A stretch of 64,000 bases of DNA from the human T2T-CHM13v2.0 reference genome, Homo sapiens, in NCBI RefSeq assembly GCF_009914755.1, contig NC_060941.1; one strand, 5' to 3'. The notes beneath the pieces were generated by a model, which saw only the letters and a program-made list of their open reading frames with translations, had not been told where the DNA came from and did no database searches. Of the stretch, positions 40,328-54,986 are shown in pieces. A program made the translations under genes and the position numbers. How positions within the stretch are numbered: position 1 is the stretch's first letter; every line of letters starts with the position of its first letter.

Positions 40328-40620
40328 CTGTGCTTCCAAATTTGCCCAGTGAGAAGAATCACTTGAGAAACTTATTGAATACATGAATTGCTGAGCTCCA
40401 TCTCAAGCGTATTGAATCCAAATTTTTTCAAATGTTGCAAGTCTTGTATTTTTTATTTGTCTATTTTTTAAATGGATAATATTTTAAAGGACAAATTATA
40501 GTTGCTCACATTTATGGAGCAACAATACAATATTTTGATAAATGTATACAATGTGGAATGATTAAATCAAAGTTTGTAAAGGGTCCAAGGTGACCCTTGT
40601 CAAGCAAGTATGAGATTTGC
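40328..40620. mobile_element. MER5-like hAT-Charlie remnant containing a short L1MA 3' tip (~40455-40572, minus)
   Basis: agaatcacttgagaaactt...gctgagctccatctc; atgtatacaatgtggaatgattaaatcaa. Confidence 0.5.
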
Positions 40621-40741
40621 AGAAATCCACTGTCATTTTTCCTACCTGGCTTGTTGCAAAAATCTTCTAATCGATCTTCCAGCTTCAGCTCTGGTCCATT
40701 TTCTAAATGGCAATCAAAGGGGTCCTAATAAAAAGCTAGGT

Positions 40742-43580
40742 CATTTCTGTGTAGAATGTTACTGAGATTGCATTGAATCCATAGATCACTGGGTAGTACA
40801 TATATTTTAACAATGTTAATTCTTCCAGGCCAAGAACACAGATTGTCTTCCATTTATTTATATCCTCTTCAGTTTCTTTCATTAAGGTTTTACAGTTTTC
40901 ATTGCAGGTTATTTTTCACATCTTTGGTTAAATTTATTTCTAGGTATCTTTTTTTGGTAGCCATCGTAAATGGAATTGCTTTCTGTTTCTTTTTCAGAGA
41001 GTTTGCTATTGGAATATAGAAATGCTACTGATTTTTGCATGTTGATTTTGTATCCTCCAACTTTACTGAATTTGTTTATTAGTTCTAACAGTTTCATAGT
41101 AGCAATTTTAGAGTTTTCTATCTGTAAGAAAATGTAGTCTGCAAACAGGAATAATTTAACTTATTCCTTTCCAACTTAGATGTCTTTTATTTCTTTCTCT
41201 TTCTCTGACTAGACCTTCCAGTACTATGTTAATAAAAGTGGTGAAAGTGGGCATCCTTGTCTTATTCCAGATCTTAGAAAAAAGCTTTCTATTTTTCCCA
41301 GTGAAGTATGATGTTCGCTGTGGGTTTGTCACATATGACCTTTATTATGCTGAGGTATATTCCTTCTATTCTGAGTTTGTTGAGAGTTTTTTTGTTTTGT
41401 TATCATGAAGGGATGTTGACATTTATCAAATGCTTTTTCTATGTCTATTGAAACGGTTGTATGAGTTTTGTCCTTGATTCTGTTAATATGATAAATCACA
41501 TTTATTGATTTGTGTGTTGAACCATCCTTGCAACCATGGGATGAGTCTCACTTGCCATAGTGAATGATCTTTTACTGTGCTGTCGAATTTGTTTTGCTGG
41601 TATTTTGTCAAGGATTTTCGCACCTATATTCATCAGAGATATTGGCTTGTAGTTTTCTTTTCTGTTTTTGAGTGTGTGTGTGTGTGTGTGTTCTTGCTTG
41701 ATTTTTGAATTCTAAAATCACCTATACCCACAAAAGACCCTGAATGACCACAGCAATTTTGAGCCAAAAGAACAAAGCTGGTGGCATCACACTACCTGAC
41801 TTCAAAATATACTACAAAGGTACAGAAATAGAAACAGCATGGTACCGACATAAAAACAGATACATAGACCAATGGAACAGAATAGAGAACACAGAAATAA
41901 ATCCATACACTAATAGCCAACTGGTTTTTGGCAAAGGTGCCAAGAATGTACACTGGGGAAATAATTAGCCTCCTCAATAAACAGTGCTGGAAAAACTAGA
42001 TATCTATATGCAGACTGAAGCTATGTCTTACTACATACAAAAATCAACTCAAAATGGATAAAGCCTTCAATATAAAACCTGAACTGATAAAACTAGTAGA
42101 AGAAAACATAGGAGAAATGTTTCAAGACATTGGGTTGAGTAAAGATATTTCAGATAAGACTTTAAAAGCACAAACAATGAAAACAAAAATAGACAATGGA
42201 TTCCATCAAACTAAAAAGCTTTCTGCACAACAAAAAATGATGACAATAATCAACAAAGTGAAGAGACAATGTACAGAATGGCAGAAAATATTTGCAAACT
42301 ATGCATCTGACAAAGGGTTGATATCCAGAATATGGAAGGAACTCAACTAACTCCATAACAGAAAAAAGCAAATAATCCTGTTTAAAATTGGGCAAAAGTC
42401 CTGAGGAGATATTTTTACTAACAACCAACAGGTATATGAAAAAAATACTGAACATGACCAATCATCAGGAAAATACAAATTAAAACCACATTGAGATATC
42501 ACCTTATCCCAATTAAAATGGCTATTACCAAAATGACAAAGAATAACAAATGCTGGGAGAGATGTGGGGAAAGGGGAGCACTTATACACTAGGGGTTGGA
42601 ACGAAAATTAGGAAAGCTGTTATGGAAAAGAGTATGGAGGTTCCTTAAAAAAATTAGAAATAGAACTACCAAATGATCCAGCAATCTCACTACTGAGTAT
42701 ATATCCAAAGGAAATAAAATCAGTGTGTGAAAGAGATAACTTCACTCCAATGTTTATTCCAGCACTATTCTCAATAGTTGAAATTTGGAATCAAACTAAG
42801 TGTCCATCAATGGATGAATGGATAAAAAAATGTGGTATATATATGCAGTGGAATACTATTCAGGCTCTTATTTTTATTTTGTATTCTTTTTATAAATGTG
42901 TTTGTTTGCTTGTCACAGGATCTCACTCTGTAGCCTAGGCTGGAGTGCAGTGTATTTTGTAGAGTTGGGGTTTCACCATGTTGCTCAGGCTGGTCTTGAA
43001 CTCCTGGGCTGAAGTGATCCACCCTCCTCAGCCCCGTGAAGTGCTGGGATTATTAGGCGTGAGCCACCACACTGGGCCAGAAAATGCAAGCCGTTAGAAA
43101 GAATAAAATCCTGTTATTTGTGGCAGCATGGGTGAACCTAGAGGACATTATGTGAAGTGAAATCAGCCAGGCACAGGAAGACAAATACCAGCTGATCTCA
43201 CTATACATGGACGCAAAAGAAATTGATCTCATAGAAGTAGAGAGTAGAACAGCGGTTACCAGAGGATGGGGAAGGGAGAGAGGAGGGGCTGATAGGGACA
43301 GATTAGTTAAGGGGTACAAAGTTACAATTAGAAGAAGTTCTGATGTTCCATTGCACAGTAGGGAGACTATGGTTAACAATATTGTGTTTCATATTTCACA
43401 ATAGCTAGAAGAGGGGGTTTTGAGTGTTTTCACCACAACGAAATAATAAATGTATGGGGTGATGAATATGCTAAATACTCTCATTTGATCATTATGCAAT
43501 GTATACATTTATTGAAACATTACATTGTACCAGGTAAGTATGTACAATTATTATGTGTCAATTAAAAAAATAAATTAAGA
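40742..43580 (+). mobile_element. L1MA5/6-like insertion with 5' inversion (40742-41705 minus, 41706-43580 plus), within an L2
   Basis: Minus [15 protein letters not shown]; plus [25 protein letters not shown]; 3'UTR to tgtgtcaattaaaa; degenerate TSD aaaaagctaggt / aaaatgttagat. Confidence 0.85.
42870..43078 (-). mobile_element. AluJ with internal deletion, inside the L1MA
   Basis: ggctggagtgcagtg joined directly to tattttgtagag. Confidence 0.8.
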
Positions 43581-43881
43581 GGCTGGGCACGGTGGCTGAC
43601 ATCTGTAATCCCAGCACTTTGGGAGGTCAAGGCTGGATCACCTGAGGTCAGGAGTTTGAGACCCAGCCTGAGAAACACCACAAAATCTCATCTCTACAAA
43701 AATATGAAAATTAGCTGGGTATGGTGGTGCACTCCCGTAATCCCAGCTGCTCGGGAGGCAGAGGCACAAGAATCACTTGAACCCAGGAGGTGGGGGTTGC
43801 AATGAACCAAGATCACACCATTGCACCCAAGCCTGGGCAATAAAGCAAGACTCTGTCTCAAAATAAATAAATAAATTAATT
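43581..43881 (+). mobile_element. AluS/J in the L1 tail, (TAAA)n tail
   Basis: ggctgggcacggtggct start; aattaaga at 43573-43580 and 43882-43889. Confidence 0.9.
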
Positions 43882-43889
43882 AATTAAGA

Positions 43890-44765
43890 AAATGTTAGAT
43901 TAGATCACTTCTCTGCATTATGGTTTCTTATTTCACTAAGAATAAAAATCAAATGCTCCTTAGAGTAACCTCCAAAGCCAACTCCCAATATCTCAAACCT
44001 ATTTTCTTGTTATTCTCTTTCTTGCATACTCTAATCCAGGTGTCCCCAAATTCTTCCACAAATTCCACCTCAGGGCCTTAGAAGTTTCTGCTTCCTCTAC
44101 TTAGAATGAAATTCTTTAGATATCTGCCTGACTTGCACCTGTACTTCCTTCCAGATTGGGCTTAACTCTCACCTCATCGGAGATGCCTCTCTAAGTAACA
44201 TAGGATTGCTTCACCTGGTCTCCATCCTATGCATAATTTACTTTTCTTCATAGAATCTAAGTAGCTGGCGAGGCCAGGCGCGGTGGCTTACGCCTGTAAT
44301 CCCAGCACTTTGGGAGGCTGAGGCGGGTGAATCACCTGAGGTCGGGAGTTCGAGACCAGCCTGACCAACATGGAGAAACCCCGTCTCTACTAAAAATACA
44401 AAATTAGCCGGGCATAGTGGCAGGTGCCTGTAATCCCAGCTACTCAGAAGGCTGAGGCAGGAAAATCACTTGAACCTGGGAAGTGGAGGTTGCGGTGAGC
44501 CAAGATCATGCCATTGCACTCCAGCCTGGGTGACAAAAACGACACTCTGTCTAAAAAAGAAAAATCTAAGTAGCTGGCATATTATTCTCTTTGATATTGA
44601 TATTGTTGTTATCTTCTGTCTCCCCTAATAGAATGTAAGCTCCATAATGGCAGGAACTATGTTTTTAATTGTATTGCCAGCATATAGAATAGTTCTTTAA
44701 TTCTAGTTAGCTCTCGGTAGGTTTTTCAAATTATTAAATGACAAAGACGATGAATGAATGAATGA
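43890..44765 (+). mobile_element. L2 3' portion (continues from ~40630-40741), interrupted by Alu
   Basis: ccacctcagggcctt; tagaatgtaagctccat; terminal tgaatgaatgaatga. Confidence 0.75.
44272..44562 (+). mobile_element. AluSp
   Basis: gggagttcgagaccagcctgaccaacatggagaaaccc; perfect 16-bp TSD aatctaagtagctggc (44254-44269 / 44563-44578). Confidence 0.93.
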
Positions 44766-44949
44766 GAGATGTGAAATAGGTTCAAGCTCATTGGTTCATT
44801 AAATGTAAGTAATTTAGAGATCACAGTAGATAGGAGAGAAGCAATAGGTGACAGAAAGTCATGGCATATTTCTGGTTGGATTCTCTTTTTGTGATCAAAC
44901 AAAACAGAGTTGTCAGAGAAATACTATATATGAGAACTTGCTTACTTCC

Positions 44950-45310
44950 TGATATGGTTTTGCTGTGTCCCCACCCAAATCTCATCTTGAATTATAACTT
45001 CCACAATTCCCACCTGTTGTGGGAGGAACCTGGTGGGAGGTGATTGAATTATGGGGGAGGGTATTTCCTGTGCTGTTTTCGTGATAGTGAATGAGTCTCA
45101 CGAGATCTGATGGTTTTAAAAACGAGAGTTTCCCTGTACATGCTCCCACTTTGCCAGCCACCATCTATGTAAGACTTGGCTTGCTCCTCCTTGCCTTCCA
45201 CCATGATTGTGAGGCCTCTCCAGCCATGTGGAACTGTAAGTCCATTAAACCTCTTTTTCTTCCCAGTCTCGGGTATGTCTTTACTAGCAGTGTGAAAACG
45301 GACTAATACA
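44950..45310 (+). mobile_element. THE1B solo LTR
   Basis: tgatatggttt...gactaataca; perfect TSD cttcc. Confidence 0.92.
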
Positions 45311-45508
45311 CTTCCCCAAAGAAGAAACTTCCATGTTGGAAAAGTTTCAGCTGAGGTTTAGAGTTTGGAGGTTTCAAAATGTGAAGTTCCGCTGGTTCTG
45401 AGTATCCTCCCTTAACTGGTCTTACCGGATGAGAACACTAAGGGCATAATACATGTCTATTTAGTCTGCTCCACTGAACTACCTCTATTCAACTAACTTG
45501 AAGGACAC

Positions 45509-45838
45509 TGTGTTAGTTTGCTGGAGCTGCCATAACAAATACCACAGACTGAGAAGTTTTAACAACAGACATTTGTTTTCTCACAATTCTGGAGGCTAGA
45601 AGTCTGAGATCAAGGTGTCAGCCTGGTTGATTTTTTTCCTGAGGCCTCTCTTTCAGGCTTGTAAATAGTCAACTTCGTCTGTCTTCACAGAAGACATGAT
45701 CCTTTCTCTGTATGTTTATGTCTTTATCTCCTGTTTCCATGAGTACACAAGTCATCTTGGATTAGAGTCACATTCTGAAGTACAAAGGGTTAGGACTTCA
45801 ATATGGAAATTTAGGGAGAACACAATTAAACCAATACA
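45509..45838 (-). mobile_element. MLT1A/B-like solo LTR
   Basis: gctgccataacaaataccacagact; perfect TSD gacac. Confidence 0.85.
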
Positions 45839-46338
45839 GACACTTTACCTTGCAACTGTGTAAAGATGAAAGAGTCTTCTTGAAAAGATTTGAACTCACA
45901 TTATGGGAGGAATTGTACGCAAACTTACATATGGTTACAACTATATGTCTATTTAGACTCATTCACATACACCCATATATAGGTATATATAGTAATACCT
46001 AATATCTGAGAAGAATTAGCACATTTTTTGTAATAAGGTGCCAGTATCAAATTTCTTTATTATTTACAAACTCGCAGACTTACTCGTCTTTCTTTTTTCC
46101 CTATCCTGTTTCTCTGTTTGTATTTTAATATAATATTATTGTTCACATCAAATTAGTTAGTTGAGATGCAAATGTTAATTTCTGTTAACAGAGTTATGTG
46201 AATGTTGTTCTAAAAATGATGACAGGTACATTGAATTTTAAAATCTGAGGTTTAACTACATAGCATTTCTGCAATTTACCCTTTTTTCAATGCTAGAAAA
46301 CAAATAAAGCTCTTAATGAGGACTGTGTAAAGATGGTA

Positions 46339-47951
46339 CAATGGTTCTCAGAGTGTGTTCCGTGGAGCCTTGGGCAAGGAAGAAGAAGCAAAAAGTATAT
46401 TTTTTTCCAAGTCCTTGCAGGAGGTTTGTGAGGCTGAAACTATTTTTCTAACACTGAGACAATATTTTCTCTTATTCTGTTGACATTTTTACTGGTGTTG
46501 CAAAAGCAATGGAGAGTTAAGCTACTGATGCTGAAACCTCAATACCAATAATATACAATTTAAAAAGGAGGGAGGGAGGGAGGGAGGAAGGGAGGAAGGA
46601 AAAAAGAAAGCAATCGGTTTTACTAACAAATGTCCTTGATAAAGCTGTAATAATTATTGACTTTATTACATCTCAAAGTTTGATTACCTTTGCCCCCAAT
46701 AGTCTGTGTGATGAAATGGGAAATTCACATTAAGCACCTCTGCTGCATTCCAAAGCATGATGATTGTCTCAAGAAGAAGTATGTGCATGATAGTTTGGGC
46801 TGTGAGCTGGAATAGACACTTTTTTGTTCACAGAACACAATTTTTACTTGAAAGAACAGCTGAGAGATAAACTGTGGATATTCAGATTTGAGTATTTAAG
46901 TGACATTTTCTTGAAAAGGATCAAGTGAGTCTTTCACTTCAAGGGAAACAATTAACAATATCTGATGCTAATGTTAAAAATTCAGATTTTCAACCAAAAT
47001 TAGAATTTCTAAAAACCATGCCTGTTACTACAAGTTTGACACTTTCCTGGTATTTAAAGACTTAGCTGATACAATCAGAGATATTAATGATTGTGAATAT
47101 CATTGTTAATCGTTGTTACTATTAATCATTGTTAATATCATTGTTAATATTAATCATTGTTAATATTTGTTAAACATTATTAATATCCTTGTTAATATTT
47201 GTTAATCATTGTTAATATCACTTCTGATCTTATCAGCTAAGTCTTTAAATACTGGGAAAGTGTCAAGCTTGAATTTTTGATATTGAATTATAAAATATGT
47301 TAATACTTGAAGAATCTGTATAACTCAATGAATCAACATTTTCTAAATGACCAATATATGATGTTACAAACTTGTGGACAACTAAAAGATCGATTCAAAG
47401 TGCAGGATAGATCAACGGATTTTAATATAACTGAGAGTGAAAGGTCATTAATATTGTTTTAGATTCCATATTGCAACTAACCCTTAGGAAATTATCACTT
47501 GGGTTTTGATGAGGTATCAAAGTAAGTATCACAATTATCTGAGAAAGTTAATTTTTTCAACTACATAGCTGTGTGTGGATGGATTTTCTTTATATACGTC
47601 AACCAAAACAATATATCATAGCAGTTGGAATGCCCAAGCTGGTATGAGAATCTGGCTTTCTCTGTTCTGCCAGACATTAAAGGAATTTTCAAAATTATAA
47701 AGCAATGCCACTCTTCTCACTAAATTATTTTTGAATAATAGTTATTTTTCATAAAATGTTATTTATATTAGCATGTAATTGGTTTCTTATTGTTATTGGA
47801 AGATGAGTAAGTAAACAAATATATTTTGTAATTCTCAGTGTTAATTTTTTAATGTAGCAGATACCGAAAATCTTAACCCACGCAAACAAAATCTCTTTGG
47901 GACTCCTAATGATCTTTCAAGGTATAAAAAACCCCTTGGCGGCAAACACTG
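46339..47951 (+). mobile_element. Charlie1a-like hAT DNA transposon
   Basis: caatggttctcagagtgtg start; acaatttttacttgaaagaac; terminal aaacactg; TSD agatggta/agttggtc. Confidence 0.85.
47031..47271. repeat. Inverted duplication arms flanking an irregular attgttaat array
   Basis: 47031-47092 vs reverse complement of 47204-47271; 38/41 identity over the outer 41 bp. Confidence 0.9.
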
Positions 47952-48139
47952 AGTTGGTCATTTTGGCATCCCTCTCTCATCCGTACCTCAGACTTTGGTA
48001 TCAGTCTTATTGTCTGTTTGCAGAGTGCGCTCAGACTGTCTGTCTACTAAAAACAAATTTAATGGTTTGCTGGTGTCCTCGTTCAACTATCTTAGTTAAT
48101 CACTTACGCTATTTTTATTATTTCTGGTTTTATATTTAT

Positions 48140-48430
48140 TACCTCATTGGTCCAACACATTTATTTACCATTGTTCAACTATCCACTGTGCATTATGCTA
48201 AGTGCTGAGAATATAAATAAAAAAGGCAGGTATTGTCAATAAGATCTTTATTTCTGATGGGGGAGATGGATACTAACCTAACAGTCAATGTATGTGTGAT
48301 TTGTGCCACTAGAAATGGCACAGGATGCTAGGGACCCAGAGGAGGGGAATCCACACCAGATCATGGGCGTAAGAGAAAGCTTTCCAAAAGCAGCAGTGCC
48401 AGTGAAGAGTCTTTAAGGGCATTTAGCAGT
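48140..48430 (-). mobile_element. L2 3' fragment
   Basis: ccaacacatttattta...tgctaagtgctgagaatat. Confidence 0.6.
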
Positions 48431-48439
48431 TGCTAATGG

Positions 48440-49720
<1,281 letters not shown>

Positions 49721-51291
49721 TACGCTGAGGCAAAAAGAAAAGCACAAACTGGTGTGGGTGGAATGAAGGGTGAACGGTAGAAGATGATGATATGGAAGAA
49801 AGAGGCTGTGGCAAGTTCATGTGCCGAACCAGAGATCCTGAAATGTATCCAATGAGTGCAATGCAGAAATGTCCATTTCTGCTACTTACTCTCTTTTGCT
49901 AAACTTTCCTAAAAGTATTCTTACTGCTTTAAAATATCTGTTGCTGAAGTTGGGAGAAGGATGTTTATTGTCTACAGTAGTTTTGAAATTCATCTTAGTT
50001 GAATTTTGACTGCAAGATGCTCTCACATGTGTGCTCTCTTAGTATTCCCAAATTGTTTTGTGGTCACAAAAGATTTTCCAGTTAACTGCTTTATGCCCGT
50101 TACATGCATATTTCACTTCAGAGATTGATGCTTAATTTTAAAAGGAAGCCCTCTTTAGAAAAAGACATAAATAGTATTTTCAAATAAGATAATCTCTATT
50201 TTATTATATGAGTGCTTTTGAATACTAATTGTGAAGTACTGCTGGAAGAGAACTGCAATTCTGGAAGCCTAGTACAGCTTCAACTAATACCCTACATCTT
50301 CTGAAGGAGTACACGTTTTGTTACTAGGCTATTTAATAAAAGAAATAAGGTAAGTACGACTTCAGGTTCCTGAAAAATACATACAGCATTTTTTTTGAAC
50401 ACTCAATTTTCATAGAGGTATAGCTTTCAGCCGGCAAATATTTATGACCATGTTATTGTGGGTATTTTTTAAAACAACTTGATTCAGGAAAAGTCAGCTT
50501 TTCAAAACACCTTTTTTGCCTAAAATGTCTTAGACTACAGTTTATTCACATTCATAAGATGTCATTACCTTTAAGAGTCCTGCTGCTAATAGCTATCCAA
50601 CGTTTTTAGTCAAAATGTGAGTAAAAGAGAAAGCTGAAAACTTCCAAATATTTTTATTCCTCAAATTAATCGTTCCATAAAAGGGCTCTAGGATATGAAT
50701 AATGCATTACAATGCTGCTGCAGATAACTTCACATATGGTACACAATGATGTGAATAGAGAAGAGATAAAATAGGAGATGAAAGAACTGCATTAGAGACA
50801 AATGAGTGAACTGACACAAGCATTTTCATTCCATTTGATTTGCACAATGTTTTTATTGAGTATTTGCTCATTTGCTGAGCTCTGTAATGGAAAGATAACT
50901 GAGTAGGATTTGGTCCTTGCCCTTTGGGAGCTAATGAACATTTGTGAGGATGTGGGGTGGGCTTTATTATTCCATGTAATTGATGCAATAATCATGTATA
51001 CCATGAAATGACAACCTAAGAGATAATTCCTAGTAAGGACTCAGGAAGTCTGCAGAGAAGATACAGTATTTGAGCTTGATGGCAAATAAGGTGTCCAATT
51101 TGGGAGGTCATCCTCTAAAAATGAAACAGGTAATAAGAAAAGGCAGGAGGATAGGAAATATGGGGTGTCTTCTGGAAATGCTGAATAGCTTATCTAGTGA
51201 AAATTGGAGAAATAGTGAGGAGAGTATTAGAGGTAGATTGGAACTAGATCCTACAAGATCTTGAAAGCCAAAGAAACAAACAAAAATTATC

Positions 51292-51577
51292 AGACGGTGC
51301 AGTGGTGCACACCTGTAATCCCAGCACTTTGGGAAGCTAAGGCAGGCAGATCACCTGAGGTCAGAAGTTCGAGACCAGCCTGACCAGCATGAAGAAACCC
51401 CATCTCTACTAAAAATACAAAGTTAGCCAGGCATGGTGGCACATGCCTGTAATCCCAGCTACTCGGGAGGCTGAGGCAGGAGAATCTCTTGAACCCGGGA
51501 GGCGGAGGTTGCGGTGAGCAGAGATGCACCATTGCACTCCAGCCTGGGCAACAAGAGTGAAACTCCATCTCAAAAAA
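51292..51577 (+). mobile_element. AluSp-like, within an L2 remnant (~51040-51700, minus)
   Basis: accagcctgaccagcatgaagaaaccc; gggcaacaagagtgaaactcc; TSD aaaaattatc. Confidence 0.9.
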
Positions 51578-51847
51578 AAAAATTATCTTTTTTTTCTGTA
51601 TGATCTGGGATGTTACTGAAGATTTTGGGGAAGCTATGTTGCATGACTAGATTGAGATTTTAAGAATACACATGATGCCTCAGTGAGTGATGATTTGGAA
51701 TTGACAACGTAGAGTTAAGTTTTCTACAATCAGAGATATGTAACAATTATTTGAAAATACAACTATAGTCAAAATAGAAAAAAATAAGTAAATTCTATGC
51801 TTGGGCATGTCTTTCTAAACAATCTGAAAGAAAGAAAATAAATACGT

Positions 51848-52203
<356 letters not shown>

Positions 52204-52324
52204 CTATATAACAAAAAATTTCCTTCAAGCACACATATAACAAAAAAAAAATTAAAGGGCCACTGTCCACAATATTTAAGGCTAATAAGATAAACAGAGG
52301 ATTCCTACTTTTACTATCAGCATA

Positions 52325-52510
52325 GGAGGCAGCGTAGTGTATTGTTAAAAGGATGGCTTTTGATGCCAAGCGAGACCTTGGATCTCTTAAGTGCTCTGTG
52401 CCTCAGTTTTCTTATCTATAAAATGGGGATGATACGTGCTCATGGCACTGTTGTGAGATTTGAAGTGAGTAAATGTATGTAAAGTCTTACATTATTATTG
52501 CTGTTTTATT
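52325..52510 (+). mobile_element. MIR
   Basis: ctctgtgcctcagttttcttatctataaaatggggat. Confidence 0.8.
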
Positions 52511-52549
52511 AACAATGACTGTTGCATATATTGGGTGTCTGTGGATAAG

Positions 52550-52979
52550 TGATATGGATATGGATCTGTGTCTTCATGAAATCTTATGTGAAACTGTAGT
52601 CCTCAATGTTGGAAATGCGGCCTGAGGGGAAGTGGTTGGATCATGGGGGTGGATTTTTCATGAATGGTTTCGCACCATCCCCCCAGTGCCATTCTCATGA
52701 TAGTGAGTGAGTTCTCATAAGATCTGGTTGTTTAAAAGCATGCAGCACCTCCCGCCTCATTCTCTCTTGCTCCTTCTCCTTCCATGTAAGACGTATCTGC
52801 TCCCCCTTTGCCTTCCACCACGATTGTAAGTTTCATGAGGCCTCCTCAGAAGTGGAACAGGTGCCAGTGTCTTGCTTCCTGTACAGCCTGCAGAAACGTG
52901 TATCAATTAAACTTCTTTTCTTTGTAAATTACCCAGTCTCAAGTATTTCTTTATAGCAGTGCAAGAATTGACTAATACA
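52550..52979 (+). mobile_element. MSTA/MSTB solo LTR
   Basis: tgatatgg...cttcctgtacagcctgcagaa...actaataca; perfect TSD ataag. Confidence 0.9.
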
Positions 52980-53734
52980 ATAAGACAACTAGTTATTTAG
53001 TTCATAAGTCTGTCAATCGAGAAGAACCATATCTAGAATCTTGATATTGTGCATCACTGTACATTACCTTGTGATCTTGTGGACCACGATTATTTTTGTT
53101 TTATTGGAAATACTAGTAAGTAATTAAGGTCAAGATGTTCACTGAAATTGCAAAGTGGAAAATAATAAGCCTAATCAATTCACATGAAGAAAAATGCAAG
53201 TGGTTATTAAACATATTATAAAATACTCAATTTTACTATTAATCACAGAGGTAAAAATAAAAATAGCATTGAGTTACCATATCATAAAAAGTGATGCTTA
53301 TATTTAGCTAGAATTGAAGAGGCTAAAACTTGGTTTAGCTTTAAGTCCCAATCCTGGTGGTGATGTAAATATACAGCCTGTCCAGAAAGTAATTTGAAAA
53401 TGCCTATTGAAAGTGTTCAGAGCCCTAAAATCTTTATAATATTGAATATTACATAACTGTAAAAACTTATCAGGACAAAACTCATTTAATATTACTAAGA
53501 GATAAGACTCAACTTGGGAAACATAGTATGTACAATAAGATTCAATTATTGTAAAGAATAATATTATGTGCCCAGGAAAAACACAGAAAGATTTATAGTG
53601 GTTATTGTGGGTTGAAAGGTTGTGTTTGTTTCTTTCCTTTTCTCTGCGTAACTATCTATTGGTTCCTCCTATTGAGTATTTTACATAAGCAATGTAAACT
53701 TTTTGAAGGCTTTTGCTATGGTTTAGACCATGAA

Positions 53735-53908
53735 GGTGAGGGCTAAATAGTCAATATTTTAGACTTTATGTGTCACATAGTCCCTGTTACAACTACTCGA
53801 CTTTGACTTTGTAATGTGAAAGCAGCCACAAATAGTCCAATATCTTTGTTTCAAAGAGAGGCAGTGGACTAAAGTTTGGCCTACAGGCCAGAGACTGCCA
53901 ATTCTTGG
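53735..53908. mobile_element. MER58A-like hAT-Charlie MITE
   Basis: ctgttacaactactcgact...gtaatgtgaaagcagccac...tttggcctacaggcca. Confidence 0.7.
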
Positions 53909-53959
53909 AATTGACAAGAGATAATGGGGACTTGATTGTGAAAATGACACTTAGAATAA

Positions 53960-54320
53960 AAAGCTAAGAATAGATACCAGAGACATCACCAGGGTGGAAT
54001 TTACAGGTCTTGAGGAAGGTCTGTTGACCATGATGGAGTTGACCATGACTTTTAAGTTTCAATTTTAGATATCAGCACTGATGGATATTGAGTGATGCAT
54101 ATCAACCAATATAGAGAACTCAAAAGAGAGCAATCCAATTTGTGGAGAACATGACAGATTCAATTTGTGATGAGCTGAATTTTCAGGAAGGCATTTGTCA
54201 ACATGGGCCTGAAGTTCAGGAATGAAGTGAGAAATGAAGCTGGGGATTAAGATGTATAGTGCATCAATGATGACTTGATAATCAAAGTCATAGGAGCTGA
54301 TGAGATTTTGGAATTGAAAA
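53960..54320 (-). mobile_element. L2 fragment
   Basis: gggcctgaagttcagg; caaagtcataggagctgatgagat. Confidence 0.5.
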
Positions 54321-54641
54321 AAAAATCAGTGATACACACAGATGGAAACCTATATTCCATCTCTGATTATGCCCTAAAACATGTTGGATAATTTGGATCC
54401 TTCACCACAGTCTACCTATCTTCTTCCCCCTGCTAAGGGAGTGGGAAAGATAGCTTTGAGGACAGAGACAGTGTCCCCAAAAGTTCATGGCCAGCTTCTT
54501 CCTGAACTCCATCAGCAGAGAATGCAAAAGGACTCTCTAGGAAGTTGGAACGCTAACTTGTTACTCCAGCAAAGCAAATAGCTACATCCAGATCAGACAT
54601 AAAAGTTGCCTAGTTTTAGGATTTTGTCCTAGGAAGCCAAC

Positions 54642-54986
54642 TGCAATGGTCGGAGTGCTTGTGTTCCCCCCAAATTAGTATGTTAAAATCCTAACCCCCA
54701 AGGTGATGGTATTAGAAAGTGGGAACTTTGGGAGGTGATTAGGTCATGAGGGTGGAGACTTTATAAATGAGATTAGTGCCCTTATAAAATAGACCCCAGA
54801 GAGCCCTTTTATGCCTTTCACCATGTAAGGACACAGTAACAAGTCACTCTCTGTGAGCCAGAATGTCACAGCCCTCACCAGCCACTAAATCTACCAGCCT
54901 ACAGAACTGTGGGAAATCAATATCTGTTTTTTACAAGCCACGTAGTTTTTGGTATTTTGTTATAGGAGCTGAAATGGACTAATACA
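54642..54986 (+). mobile_element. MLT1A0-like solo LTR
   Basis: atcctaacccccaaggtgatggtattag...ggactaataca; TSD ccaac/ccagc. Confidence 0.85.

Noticed and set aside
47217-47245. atcacttctgatcttatcagctaag, loosely like the U2 snRNA 5' end
   Set aside because: Fully explained as the inverted copy of adjacent Charlie1 sequence
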